This document shows positions 19,106 through 29,195 of a stretch of 64,000 bases of DNA, piece by piece. A program made the translations under genes and the position numbers. Under the pieces are notes generated by a model, which worked only from the letters and a program-made list of their open reading frames with translations, did not search any database and was not told the origin of the DNA. This DNA comes from Bacillota bacterium (GTDB taxonomy: Bacteria; Bacillota; Sulfobacillia; Fermentithermobacillales; Fermentithermobacillaceae). The stretch lies in assembly GCA_040766745.1 (NCBI GenBank), contig JAXGPX010000008.1, forward strand, positions 11,813-75,812, read 5' to 3'. Positions within the stretch are counted from its first letter, which is position 1. Each line of letters begins with the position of its first letter.

Positions 19106-19634
19106 ATCTGAGCCAGGCCACCTACCAGGAGGGGGTGATAACAGTGGGGATTACCAGGACGTCAGTGCGCCCTGTGGTTCTTGCGGGCGTTGGATCTCCG
19201 GCGAAAGAGGGAAGAGGAAGGGAAACCTGGTCCAGGCATTCCATGTGTTCCAGGAATTCCAGACAGTAGGGTTTTCATATGAGACCTCCCGTCTTTGGCC
19301 TTGGCAGGTCGTGTCCAAGGCGCCCTCTTCCATCTTCGTTTTGCGACTCACCTGATCTGTGAGTCCTATACAAATTCAACTGGCGGCAAAATCACCAATA
19401 CGTGGGTACTTTGTCCATACATCTCTGGACGCATCAGAGTGTTGGAAGAGGCTGATTTTGCATCTCGAATTGCATCCTAGAAGTTGAACAGCGGCATTAG
19501 GAACGTGTGGCCAAATGTATAGAAGTACATACCTGTGTACCTTCATGCAAATGCTGCGCAACTCAGATAGGCCTAGATGCTATTTTGCAGATGCCTTAGA
19601 TATGTTTTGCACAAATAGGGAGGGACCATTGTAT

Positions 19635-20837
19635 ATGACATCCATATTCAAATCATTCAAGAGTAGCAAGAAGTTCAAGATGAGCAATCTGTGGGTTTTC
19701 GGTACCATAGCTTCTTTGATCGCTGCCATACTCCTATCCGGGTGCACCGGTTCCGGCGGAACCAAGGATCCTGCAGATCCAGGCGGATCGAAAGATGCCG
19801 GTAAGATAATCAAAATCGGTATGGTAGGCCCTTTGACCGGCGACTATGCCACTTATGGGCAAAGTGTGAAAAACGGCGTTCAGACTGCTGTTGATGAAAT
19901 CAACGAACAAGGCGGCGTCAACGGATTTACTCTTCAACTGATTGCCGAGGACAGCAAAGGCGATTCTACAGAAGCCGCAAATGCGATCCAGAAACTCATT
20001 GACCAGGACAAGGTAACTGCCATTGTAGGGGCAGTTCTAAGCGGCGAGACAGCCACAGTGGCTCCTATTGCGCAGGACTCAGGAGTTCTTATGATTACCC
20101 CGTCATCTACCGCCCCGGGGTTGGCCGATACCGGCGACTACATTTTCCGCAATGTGATCACAGACGATGTGCAGGCTCAGCAAATGGCCGAGTATGCAAT
20201 AAGCGAACTTGGACTCACGAAACTAGCTGTTATTTATGCTAATAACGACTACGGGGTTGCGCTAAAGGATAATTTCTCGGCCAAGGCAGAGGAACTTGGT
20301 GCGACAGTTGTGGCAGTTGAGTCATACCTGGACGGAGACGAGGATTTCCGCGCTCAGCTTACCAAGATAGGCGATAAGGCAGAGGCGCTGTACATCGGAG
20401 GATATTACACAGAGGCGTCTAAGATTGCTCAGCAGGCCGCCAGGCAGGGGTTGGAAGTGCGCCTACTGGGTGCAGACGGGTTCTACTCCGGAAAACTTGT
20501 TGAACTCGGCGGCGACACTGTTGAAGGTGCACTGTTTACTGCCGGTTTTTACTCTGGTGATACCTCAGAAGATATTCAATCGTTCGTTTCAAATTACTCA
20601 CAAGAGTATGGAAGCGAACCCGACATGTTTGCCGCAAACGCCTATGACAGTATGAAAATAGTGGCACAAGCGTTGGAAAAGTCGGGCAACGACAGGGAAG
20701 CTCTCAAGACTGAAATGGCTGTTATCAAGGATTATCCGGGCATTACCGGCAAGACGTCATTTGCAGAAAACGGAGAAGCACTGAAGGAAGTAATTATCTT
20801 GAAAGTTGAAAACGGCAAATTCAGTCGCGCAAGGTAG
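19635..20837 (+). CDS. livK: Branched-chain amino acid ABC transporter substrate-binding lipoprotein (LivK/LivJ family)
   Basis: Signal peptide with LSGC lipobox; IKIGMVGPLTGDYATYGQ and VTAIVGAVLSGE motifs of the type I periplasmic binding fold. GGGAGGG Shine-Dalgarno before the ATG at 19635. Confidence 0.8.
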   Translation: MTSIFKSFKSSKKFKMSNLWVFGTIASLIAAILLSGCTGSGGTKDPADPGGSKDAGKIIKIGMVGPLTGDYATYGQSVKNGVQTAVDEINEQGGVNGFTLQLIAEDSKGDSTEAANAIQKLIDQDKVTAIVGAVLSGETATVAPIAQDSGVLMITPSSTAPGLADTGDYIFRNVITDDVQAQQMAEYAISELGLTKLAVIYANNDYGVALKDNFSAKAEELGATVVAVESYLDGDEDFRAQLTKIGDKAEALYIGGYYTEASKIAQQAARQGLEVRLLGADGFYSGKLVELGGDTVEGALFTAGFYSGDTSEDIQSFVSNYSQEYGSEPDMFAANAYDSMKIVAQALEKSGNDREALKTEMAVIKDYPGITGKTSFAENGEALKEVIILKVENGKFSRAR

Positions 20838-20851
20838 TACGGTTGGAAACC

Positions 20852-20890
20852 GGGGAAGGGGCAGGGTTCAATAGCCCCTCCCCGGCAAGT
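20852..20890 (+). terminator. Strong intercistronic hairpin (12-bp GC-rich stem) between livK and livH; probable partial terminator/attenuator
   Basis: CCGGGGAAGGGGC-loop-GCCCCTCCCCGG with no U-tract; the classic position for tuning binding-protein versus permease expression. Confidence 0.45.
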
Positions 20891-20950
20891 AAAACATTCA
20901 AGTTACTTTGTCAGTTTGGCTTCATCTGGATTCTAGCGGAGGTGGTATCT

Positions 20951-21819
20951 TGCTACAGCAATTTGTGAACGGACTTACTCTGGGCAGTACTTACGCATTG
21001 ATTGCCCTTGGATATACTATGGTTTACGGAGTTCTGCGGCTGATAAACTTTGCCCACGGCGAGGTATATATGGTAGGTGCCTTTATCGGGCTGATGGCAT
21101 CTCAGTCATCGGGACTTCCCTTTCTTGTGGTGCTTCTCATTGCAATGGCCGGGTCTGCAGTTGTTGGTGTGGTCATTGAGATGATCGCATACAGGCCTCT
21201 CAGAAAGGCCCCTCGCCTGGCCGCCCTGATCAGTGCAATCGGCATGTCAATATTCCTACAGAATCTTGCTCTTGCTGTAATGGGGCCTCAGACCAGGGCG
21301 TTTCCGGTTCCATTCGAGGTAAAGCATTTCAACATTGGCCCTTTGCGCATAAACTCTTTCGACGTACTGATTCTGCTCACTTGCGTTGGCCTTATGATCG
21401 GACTGCATTTTCTTGTTCAGAAGACTAAGATCGGGAAAGCCATGAGGGCAACGGCTCTGGATAAGGATACGGCCAGCCTTATGGGGATTAACGTTAACCT
21501 GATCATAGCCTTTACTTTTGCCGTTGGTTCGGCTCTTGCGGCAGCTGCCGGGGTTCTGGTAGGAATGAATTTCAACGCTGTAGCTCCGGCCATGGGAATG
21601 ATGCCAGGGCTTAAGGGCTTTGTAGCCGCTGTCCTGGGCGGTATCGGAAGCATTCCCGGGGCAATGGCAGGCGGCGTTCTCCTTGGTATGGCTGAAGTTA
21701 TGGGCGTTGCCCTTCTGAGATCTGAGTGGAGAGATGCAATCGCCTTCGGGATCCTTGCTTTGGTTCTGCTCCTGAAGCCATCTGGGATATTCGGCCGAAA
21801 TTTGCAGGAGAAGGTGTAA
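20951..21819 (+). CDS. livH: Branched-chain amino acid ABC transporter permease LivH
   Basis: LLQQFVNGLTLGSTYALIALGYTMVYG N-terminal signature; TTG start after a GGAGGTG Shine-Dalgarno. Confidence 0.8.
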
Positions 21820-21822
21820 ATC

Positions 21823-22779
21823 ATGCTTAGCCCGTACTATTACCAGTTAATCGTTATCACCTGCATTAATGTAATTATGGCACTGAGCCTGAATTTGGTG
21901 ACCGGATTTGCAGGGCAGCTGTCTCTGGGACACGCGGCGTTCATGGGTATTGGTGCATATACTGCAGGAATATTGACCTCGGTTTACCAGGTTCCTTTTC
22001 TTGCCGCGCTAGCTGCCGGAGGTTTATCTGCGGCTTTCTTTGGACTGCTTGTAGGGCTGCCCACCCTGAGGCTCAAAGGCGACTATCTCGCCATTGCCAC
22101 TCTTGGGTTCGGTGAGATTATCCGGGTAACTATCCTCAATATGAAAATAACAGGTGGGGCTTTCGGACTCAGGGGAATATCTAAAGAGACCAACCTTGCC
22201 ATATCGGTTGCAGCCGTAGTTCTCACATACTTCACTTTGAAGCGCTTAATGAAATCCCGTTTTGGACGGGCGATTACTGCCATCCGCGAGGATGAAGTCG
22301 CCGCCCAGGCCATGGGTATTGATATTACCCAGTATAAGGTGCTTGCCTTTGTAATTGGGGCGTCGTGGGCAGGGATTGCCGGCGGACTTTTCGCCCACTG
22401 GTTCAGATACCTAAACCCGTCTTCATTTGCTTTCGGGAAGTCAGTAGAAATCCTCAGTATGGTTGTTTTGGGAGGCATGGGAAATCTGGAAGGCCCGGTT
22501 CTCGGTGCCGCGGTTTTGACTTACGCACCAGAGCTTCTTCGCGGGGCATCGGATTTTGTGTCACAATACCGCATGCTTTTCTACGGAGCGCTTCTGGTAA
22601 TTATGATGCTGGTACGGCCCCAGGGGTTGGCCGGGGCATGGGTTTTCAGAGGTTTCCGTCTGCAGAGAGTCGGTGGGCTCTCGAAAGGTAAGGCCAATAG
22701 GATGAAGGGGAATTCGGTGGCCGCAGGTAGTGCCCCTGCGGCAGCGGTGAAGGAGGGCTATCGACATGCCGATTCTTGA
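21823..22779 (+). CDS. livM: Branched-chain amino acid ABC transporter permease LivM
   Basis: Polytopic permease with GQLSLGHAAFMGIGAY motif; translationally coupled. Confidence 0.8.
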   Translation: MLSPYYYQLIVITCINVIMALSLNLVTGFAGQLSLGHAAFMGIGAYTAGILTSVYQVPFLAALAAGGLSAAFFGLLVGLPTLRLKGDYLAIATLGFGEIIRVTILNMKITGGAFGLRGISKETNLAISVAAVVLTYFTLKRLMKSRFGRAITAIREDEVAAQAMGIDITQYKVLAFVIGASWAGIAGGLFAHWFRYLNPSSFAFGKSVEILSMVVLGGMGNLEGPVLGAAVLTYAPELLRGASDFVSQYRMLFYGALLVIMMLVRPQGLAGAWVFRGFRLQRVGGLSKGKANRMKGNSVAAGSAPAAAVKEGYRHADS

Positions 22780-23539
22780 GGCAAACAAAGTCACAAGGTC
22801 ATTTGGAGGCCTTACTGCTGTGCGTGAGGTTGACCTAGTTATCAACCCAGGCGAAATCATGGGGCTAATAGGCCCTAACGGTGCAGGCAAGACAACGTTG
22901 TTCAACCTGGTGACAGGCATATACCGCCCTAGTTCTGGTGAGATACTCTTTAATGGAGAGAATTTGGCTACCCTCAGCCCTCACCAGATAACAGATAAGG
23001 GTATGGCTCGCACTTTCCAGAACATCAGGCTTTTTGGCCAGATGACTGTACTTGAGAATGTGATGATAGGCAGGCACTGCCGTACCAGGGCAGGCGTTTG
23101 GGGTGCTGTATTGGGTTTTCCCAATGTGAAGCGGGAGGAGAAGGAGACCCGGGAACTGTGTATGCAACTCCTGGATTTTGTAGGGCTCGACGTTGATCCT
23201 GATGAAAAGGCGTCGAACCTTTCATATGGCCAACAGCGCGAACTGGAGATAGCCAGGGCTATGGCCACTGAACCTGAATTTTTGCTGTTGGATGAACCTG
23301 CTGCAGGCATGAACCCTCAAGAGACAGGCGAACTTGTCAGCCTTATCGAGCGCATAAGAGATGCGGGCAAGGCCATTCTTCTCATCGAACATGACATGAA
23401 AGTGGTTATGGGTACAGCAGACAGGGTTGCAGTTTTGGATCACGGAGTGAAAATCGCAGACGGAACTCCAAAGCAGGTCCAAGGGGATCCAAATGTTATC
23501 AGGGCTTACCTAGGAGATGAATCAGATGCTATCGCTTAG
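22766..23539 (+). CDS. livG: Branched-chain amino acid ABC transporter ATP-binding protein LivG
   Basis: Walker A GPNGAGKTT; signature LSYGQQR; Walker B LLLDEPAAG. Confidence 0.85.
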   Translation: MPILEANKVTRSFGGLTAVREVDLVINPGEIMGLIGPNGAGKTTLFNLVTGIYRPSSGEILFNGENLATLSPHQITDKGMARTFQNIRLFGQMTVLENVMIGRHCRTRAGVWGAVLGFPNVKREEKETRELCMQLLDFVGLDVDPDEKASNLSYGQQRELEIARAMATEPEFLLLDEPAAGMNPQETGELVSLIERIRDAGKAILLIEHDMKVVMGTADRVAVLDHGVKIADGTPKQVQGDPNVIRAYLGDESDAIA

Positions 23540-24242
23540 AAATGTAGTAACCCAATACGGGACAATCCGGGCTCTGAAAGGAATATCCATGTATGTAGCC
23601 CCAGGTGAAATTGTGGCTTTGATCGGGGCTAACGGCGCTGGCAAGACCACTGTGCTCAAGACCATATCAGGGCTTCTATCTCCGTCTGAAGGTGACATTA
23701 TGTTCGAGGGTAAGAGCATAACCCGGAGCTTGCCTGAGGATATTGTGAAAATGGGAATATCCCATGTGCCCGAGGGAAGGAAGGTTTTTTCCCAGATGAC
23801 CGTTATGGAGAACCTGGAACTTGGGGCGTATTCCCGGCCAGGAGGAAAGCATGGAAGGCGGCAGGTACACGACGATCTAGACCGGGTGTTTTCGTTGTTT
23901 CCTCAGTTAAAGAGCAGGGAGAATCAGCTCACAGGGACTTTGAGCGGTGGAGAGCAGCAGATGCTTGCCATGGGCCGGGCACTTATGTCCAGGCCTAAGG
24001 TTTTGCTAATGGACGAGCCGTCTATGGGCCTTGCACCCATGATAGTGAAGGATATTTTCAACATAATAAGAGATGTTAACCAGGCCGGCACCACGGTCTT
24101 GCTTGTTGAGCAAAACGCCCACCTGGCGCTTACCACTGCTACCCGGGCCTATGTGCTGGAGACCGGTAAGATAGTGCTTCATGGCGAGTCGCAGGACCTG
24201 CTCAAGAATGAGAAGGTGCGCAAGGCGTATCTGGGAGAGTAG
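23517..24242 (+). CDS. livF: Branched-chain amino acid ABC transporter ATP-binding protein LivF
   Basis: Walker A GANGAGKTT; signature LSGGEQQM; Walker B LLMDEPSMGLAP. Confidence 0.85.
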   Translation: MNQMLSLRNVVTQYGTIRALKGISMYVAPGEIVALIGANGAGKTTVLKTISGLLSPSEGDIMFEGKSITRSLPEDIVKMGISHVPEGRKVFSQMTVMENLELGAYSRPGGKHGRRQVHDDLDRVFSLFPQLKSRENQLTGTLSGGEQQMLAMGRALMSRPKVLLMDEPSMGLAPMIVKDIFNIIRDVNQAGTTVLLVEQNAHLALTTATRAYVLETGKIVLHGESQDLLKNEKVRKAYLGE

Positions 24243-24367
24243 GAGGGCTTCGGGGAACCGATCTAGAATTGATATCCAGCTGGATTTTGACAAAAACATA
24301 GAGCATGTCGGGGGGCACGGAGGGCATGTGTAGGCACAGGACAGGCGTGCAGAGAGCATCCACCTGT

Positions 24368-26248
24368 ATGACGGCAATTCTCTTGATCATGGCGTTGGCC
24401 ATGATTTTATTTACGGCGTGTGAAGGGGATCCGGCCGTTTCAGGAGAACTGGCTTCTACCGCGGGCGATGGCTCTCAAGAGAAAACCGGAGCAGATTCTC
24501 AAGGGGGCCCATCTTCAGAACAATCAGGAGGCGGGAACCCCGAGAACCCGGATGACCCCGCGAGCTTGGAGAGTGGGGAGAACCCGGAGAATCCCGAAAG
24601 TTCGGATAACCCCACAAGTTCAGAGAACCCGGAGAATGAGGCCAACCCAGAGAATCTGAACCCTGAAGACCCCAAGAATCCCGAGAGCCTAGATGACACG
24701 GATAGCAATGCACAGTACTACCAAAACGGCATTTTGCTGGCTGCAGGCAAATCGCCTGACTTTGAAAGAGACGTAAAGAAGCTGGTTGTAAGGCCTTCCG
24801 GAAAGCAGCTAACCGACTATCCAAAAGGCTATGAGATCACTTTTCCTGACGGCATGGAAGTCGATTTCAGTCTCAGCCCCGACTACACCAGAGTATATGG
24901 TGATGGGCTTGAGATAAGGATTTGCAGGGACAGGTCGCCTTATCTCGACGTAACGGGATGGCTTTCTGGTTTGCCCAATGGCTATGTCAGCAACCATCGT
25001 TACATATAGTCTAACAACTTGAGTGTCCATGAAGATGGCTGGGTGAACATAGGCAACCGGAAAGTAAGGCTCTTGAGCCTTACCAGGAACCCGGCTCCGG
25101 GAAGTACTCAGACTCACAACTCATATACATACGCATACATAAATACCCAGGGACTTGAGTATTATACAATCCACTTCAGATCCGACTCCCTCGAGGAGCA
25201 CAAAGACACCATTTACAAGGTGATTGAGTCATTCAAAACGATTGAACCCAAAGGGAATTCGGCATACAGACTCACACTCAAACCCAGGCTACCTGAGTGG
25301 AACGAAGAAACTGCTGCGCTTTACGAGAAGATACGCAATTCTAATCACATATGGTGGGGGTTTTTCACTCCAAACCCGTTTACCACGGAAGGCAAGGACA
25401 AGATAGCGGAAATCGAGGAAAAGCTGGATTTCAGGTTTCCGGTCATAATGTGGTACCGCTACTTGGGCCACGATTTTCCTCTTGAGGGAATGCAAGATGC
25501 TCATCAGAACGGAAAATTGGTTGAGCTGACATACCAGATTGCCAATGGTGACCTGTATGGAAAGAATCCGAATTTCGAGGTGCTGGACGGACTTAGAGAC
25601 GACGAGATAAGGAAGTTCGCCAGACAGGCCAAAGAATTTAGCCACCCGTTCTTGTTCAGGCTCAACAACGAGATGAACTCAACCTGGGTGAGTTATTCAG
25701 GCCATTCATCCCTGGCTGACCCGGATGTATACAGGCAGGTATGGCAAAGAGTCTACCGCATTTTTGAGGAAGAGGGAGTGGATAATGCCATTTGGATCTT
25801 CAACCCCAACGACATAAGTTACCCACCCTGCAAATGGAACACCCATCTTGCCTACTATCCAGGGAATGAGTACGTACACATGATTGGGCTTACAGGCTAC
25901 AATACAGGGGACTATTTCAGAAATCACACAGGCGAACGCTGGAGGTCTTTCACCGAGATATACGACAGGCTTTGGTATATGTATAGGGATGTCTATTCGG
26001 AATTTCCGTGGATAATCACTGAGTTTGCCTGCAGCTCAGTTGGCGGTGACAAAGAGGCGTGGATTACTGATATGTTTGCCAATTTGCCAAGGTACAAGAA
26101 CATAAAGATTGCTGTTTGGTGGAGTTACTATGACGAAGACCCGCGTCCCGAAACCAAAGGCACTCCTGCCAGGAGATACTGGCTCGATGAGAAACCAGAG
26201 TATCTGGATGCTTTCAAGAGAGGGTTATCTCAAACTCAGCCGGACTAG
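24368..26248 (+). pseudogene. Lipoprotein with acidic ENPE-repeat linker fused to a GH26-like glycoside hydrolase domain, interrupted by one in-frame TAG at 25007-25009
   Basis: ORFs 24305-25009 and 25019-26248 are in the same frame, separated only by TAG. The upstream part has a lipobox (LFTAC). The downstream part (FLFRLNNEMN, WIITEFA motifs) has no Shine-Dalgarno or signal peptide of its own. Confidence 0.55.
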
Positions 26249-26464
26249 TAGATTTGATGGTAATTCCCAAGGGGCTATAAGGTCGTTTCTTAATCCTGAC
26301 TTCTTAAAGAAATTGGAAAAGGTGATACAATGTAGTTGAGGTGGCTGTATGAAAGCGGTAGTACTACTACAGGAAAACCTCAGACAAATCCTTGAAATTG
26401 CGAAATTGAACGATACTTCAAGATTGAGTTTATCGTTACGATACGTAAGGGATGTGAATCGGAC

Positions 26465-27694
26465 ATGCAGGGACCGGTAGACAGGCCGGTGAATCTGCCT
26501 GATCATAAACAGTGCTATGGGTGCGGAGCATGTGCAGCCGTTTGCCCCCGGCAAGCAATCACTCTTAAATTCAGCGACTCAGGTTTTTTAGTTCCGTTGG
26601 CAAACGAAGAGCTGTGCATTCAATGTGGGAAGTGCAAAGACGCGTGTCCGGTTATCAATCCTCCAGGATTTGGGGCAGTGGACCAGATACCGCCTTTTGC
26701 TGCTTGGAGCAAGAGCCCAAAGCTGCGCCGGGTCAGTTCTTCCGGAGGCGCAGCCCTATCTCTGGCGGGAGATTTTCTGTCGAGAGGATATAATTTCACA
26801 GGTGCTGTTTTCGAGCGGGATTTTCGATCAGTAAAGCACGTTGTTGCACGTAGTGTTGAAGATCTGTTCGAGACTGTGGGCTCCAAATATGTTCAAAGCA
26901 ACGCATCGTCAGCAATGAGACAGATAGTTGATTCTGGGCATTGCCGTGAGGAGTCTCATCAAGGCGACAGGCATATTTTCTTTGGTACACCGTGTCAGGT
27001 TGCAGGCTTGAGGAGGCTTTTGAATTCTGTAAGTCGCGGCGACGCCGGTTCTGCCCAATTCTTTCTGGTGGATTTCTTCTGCCACGGAGTACCCAGTTAT
27101 CTTGCATGGTGGGCGTTCCTGGATGAGGCTGTGATTCCCCAAACCGGGCGCCTTGAATATATAGACTTCAGGGATAAGTCCCAGGGGTGGACTAATTACA
27201 GCCTGGTATGCTCGGGCTTAAAAGGTACCTATGTAAGTGAATTTGGACACACCGTATTCGGGCAGCTGTTCCTTTCCGACCTTTGCCTGCGGGATTCCTG
27301 CTATACATGCCCGTACAGGAGCACATCAGCGGCGGATCTGCGAATAGGCGATTTCTGGGGGCATGAGTTCGACAGGGACGCAATGGGCGTATCTCTTATC
27401 GTTCCTATTACCGAAAAGGGGTTTGCAGCGGTAGAGGAGAACGCGAATTTGGTTCTCAGGTCAGTTCCCCTCAGTTTATTGTATGAATCCCAGCCTTTGA
27501 TTTTGAGGCCGGCGTTACGGGTACCGACTGAGCGTAAGAATGTCATGGCGAAACTGGGGCAAGGTACGCCTCTAGATGATATTTACAAGACATACCTTGA
27601 GAGAGGCCACAAAAAACGGCTATTCAGGAGGCGGGTTTCCCGGCTTCTGCCGCCGTCTTTGAAAAAGGTTGCAAAGCTTATGGCGCGGGGATAA
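26465..27694 (+). CDS. Coenzyme F420 hydrogenase beta-subunit-like (FrhB-like) Fe-S protein
   Basis: CYGCGACAAVCP and CIQCGKCKDACP 4Fe-4S motifs at the N-terminus, and an FrhB-like C-terminus. This family commonly pairs with a pyruvyl transferase. Confidence 0.6.
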   Translation: MQGPVDRPVNLPDHKQCYGCGACAAVCPRQAITLKFSDSGFLVPLANEELCIQCGKCKDACPVINPPGFGAVDQIPPFAAWSKSPKLRRVSSSGGAALSLAGDFLSRGYNFTGAVFERDFRSVKHVVARSVEDLFETVGSKYVQSNASSAMRQIVDSGHCREESHQGDRHIFFGTPCQVAGLRRLLNSVSRGDAGSAQFFLVDFFCHGVPSYLAWWAFLDEAVIPQTGRLEYIDFRDKSQGWTNYSLVCSGLKGTYVSEFGHTVFGQLFLSDLCLRDSCYTCPYRSTSAADLRIGDFWGHEFDRDAMGVSLIVPITEKGFAAVEENANLVLRSVPLSLLYESQPLILRPALRVPTERKNVMAKLGQGTPLDDIYKTYLERGHKKRLFRRRVSRLLPPSLKKVAKLMARG

Positions 27695-27712
27695 CGCGGG
27701 GGTGAAAGTTTC

Positions 27713-28969
27713 GTGCGAATCTTGTTGCTTAATATACCAAACAGCCTTAATTACGGGTCTATGATGATGGCCGAGAACTTGATGAGGTACCTTGGCCGTG
27801 AAATTGCAGAGTCCCCACAAGGGCGGAATTTTACCTTTGTTATTGAAACCCCCACGCCAGACGAGTCAGTCTCAAGGTTCAGAGAAGCTTTGAAGGGCTC
27901 GGGAGATTGGAAGAACTTCAATCTGGACACTGTGGCTCCCGAGGCTATCACACGGAAGGAAAAACTGAAAAGGTATTTTTCGTGGCTGATGACAGTGCTT
28001 TTCGGCACGAAATCCCGGACCCTTCTGCCGCCAGGCGCAGGAGATGTGGATTTGGTGGTGGTCCTAGGCGGCGATGATTTCTCAGAAGACTACGGTGTTC
28101 TTGGCCCTGTCCTGGCCTGTTTAAGATTGGCTGCCCTCAGGAAAATGGGCAAGAAGGTGGTCATGTGCGGCCAGACGATCGGGCCGTTTCATTCGTGGCG
28201 TGTTCCTGCTGTAAGATGGCTTTTGGGCAAAGTGAATGAGATTATGGCAAGGGACCCGATTACCCAGAGGTACCTTATCAACGAACTAAAATTGGATAAT
28301 GCAGTCTTGGTCGGAGACCTTGCGTTTCTGCCCCTTAGCAGGGAATTTGAAAAACCTTATCTGCCATTGGCAGATGATTACTTTGCCATCGTGCCTAGCC
28401 AGCTAATCTGGGCGTATGCTAAAGAGCCTATAAGGCATGAGTACATAGAATTCATGGTGGATATTTGTTCTTACCTGTTGAACACGTACCCTGGGAGCCA
28501 ACTGTTGATTCTGCCCCACGTGCTTGCGCCTGACGGTGCAGACGACAGGCTGGCAGGGCGTGATTTGCTGATTGGCTTGAAGAGAATAGGTGTTTCTCCA
28601 GAGAGATTGGTATTTCCTCAAGAGCAGATGCTGCCGAATCAAGCGAGGTATCTGATTGAGAATAGCAGATTATTGATAACCGGAAGGATGCACGGGTCCA
28701 TATCATCTTTCTGCGTGAAAGTGCCGCCTCTTGTACTCTCATACAGCAGAAAATACTGGGGTATTATCGATGAGTACCTTGGAATGGGCGATCTGATTGT
28801 TGATGTTCGCCATCATGGGTGGGAGGAACTTAGGCAAATCAGCAAGGCCAGACTTGACTTCATCCTGGAAAACCGCGATGAACTGGTACAACGCATGGCA
28901 GACAAACTGCCTGCAATGGAGAAGGCTGCAATGTTGAATATAAAGGTTCTGCGAAAGGAACTCGAATAA
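27713..28969 (+). CDS. Polysaccharide pyruvyl transferase family protein
   Basis: MRILLLNIPNSLNYGSMMMAENL N-terminus and overall length typical of CsaB/WcaK-like pyruvyl transferases; adjacent to the FrhB-like gene. Confidence 0.6.
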   Translation: MRILLLNIPNSLNYGSMMMAENLMRYLGREIAESPQGRNFTFVIETPTPDESVSRFREALKGSGDWKNFNLDTVAPEAITRKEKLKRYFSWLMTVLFGTKSRTLLPPGAGDVDLVVVLGGDDFSEDYGVLGPVLACLRLAALRKMGKKVVMCGQTIGPFHSWRVPAVRWLLGKVNEIMARDPITQRYLINELKLDNAVLVGDLAFLPLSREFEKPYLPLADDYFAIVPSQLIWAYAKEPIRHEYIEFMVDICSYLLNTYPGSQLLILPHVLAPDGADDRLAGRDLLIGLKRIGVSPERLVFPQEQMLPNQARYLIENSRLLITGRMHGSISSFCVKVPPLVLSYSRKYWGIIDEYLGMGDLIVDVRHHGWEELRQISKARLDFILENRDELVQRMADKLPAMEKAAMLNIKVLRKELE

Positions 28970-29195
28970 CTCCATGTTACCTTCACACTGGCAGGAATAG
29001 ATCCAATATATGTCGAATTAGTCAAAGATGGATGAGTGAATTTCCTTTTCCCGGTGTTGCCCTTTTCACAAAATATCCTTGGTTCTTCACTCTGAAACCC
29101 GATCCCTATATACCTGCAAGTTTCTTTGATTCATACAGTTAGTTGTCGATAATGGGGATCAGCCAAATATAGGATTTGCATGAGGTGAATTAACA

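Noticed and set aside
19100-19634. T-box or sigma-54 promoter upstream of the liv operon
   Set aside because: GGGGATTACCAGG superficially resembles the T-box bulge but does not align to AGGGTGGNACCGCG. No TGGCAC-N5-TTGC spacing match was found.
25019-26248. GH26-like ORF as an independent gene starting at TTG 25019
   Set aside because: It has no Shine-Dalgarno and no signal peptide. It is in the same frame as, and contiguous with, the upstream lipoprotein ORF across a single TAG. I interpret the pair as one interrupted gene.
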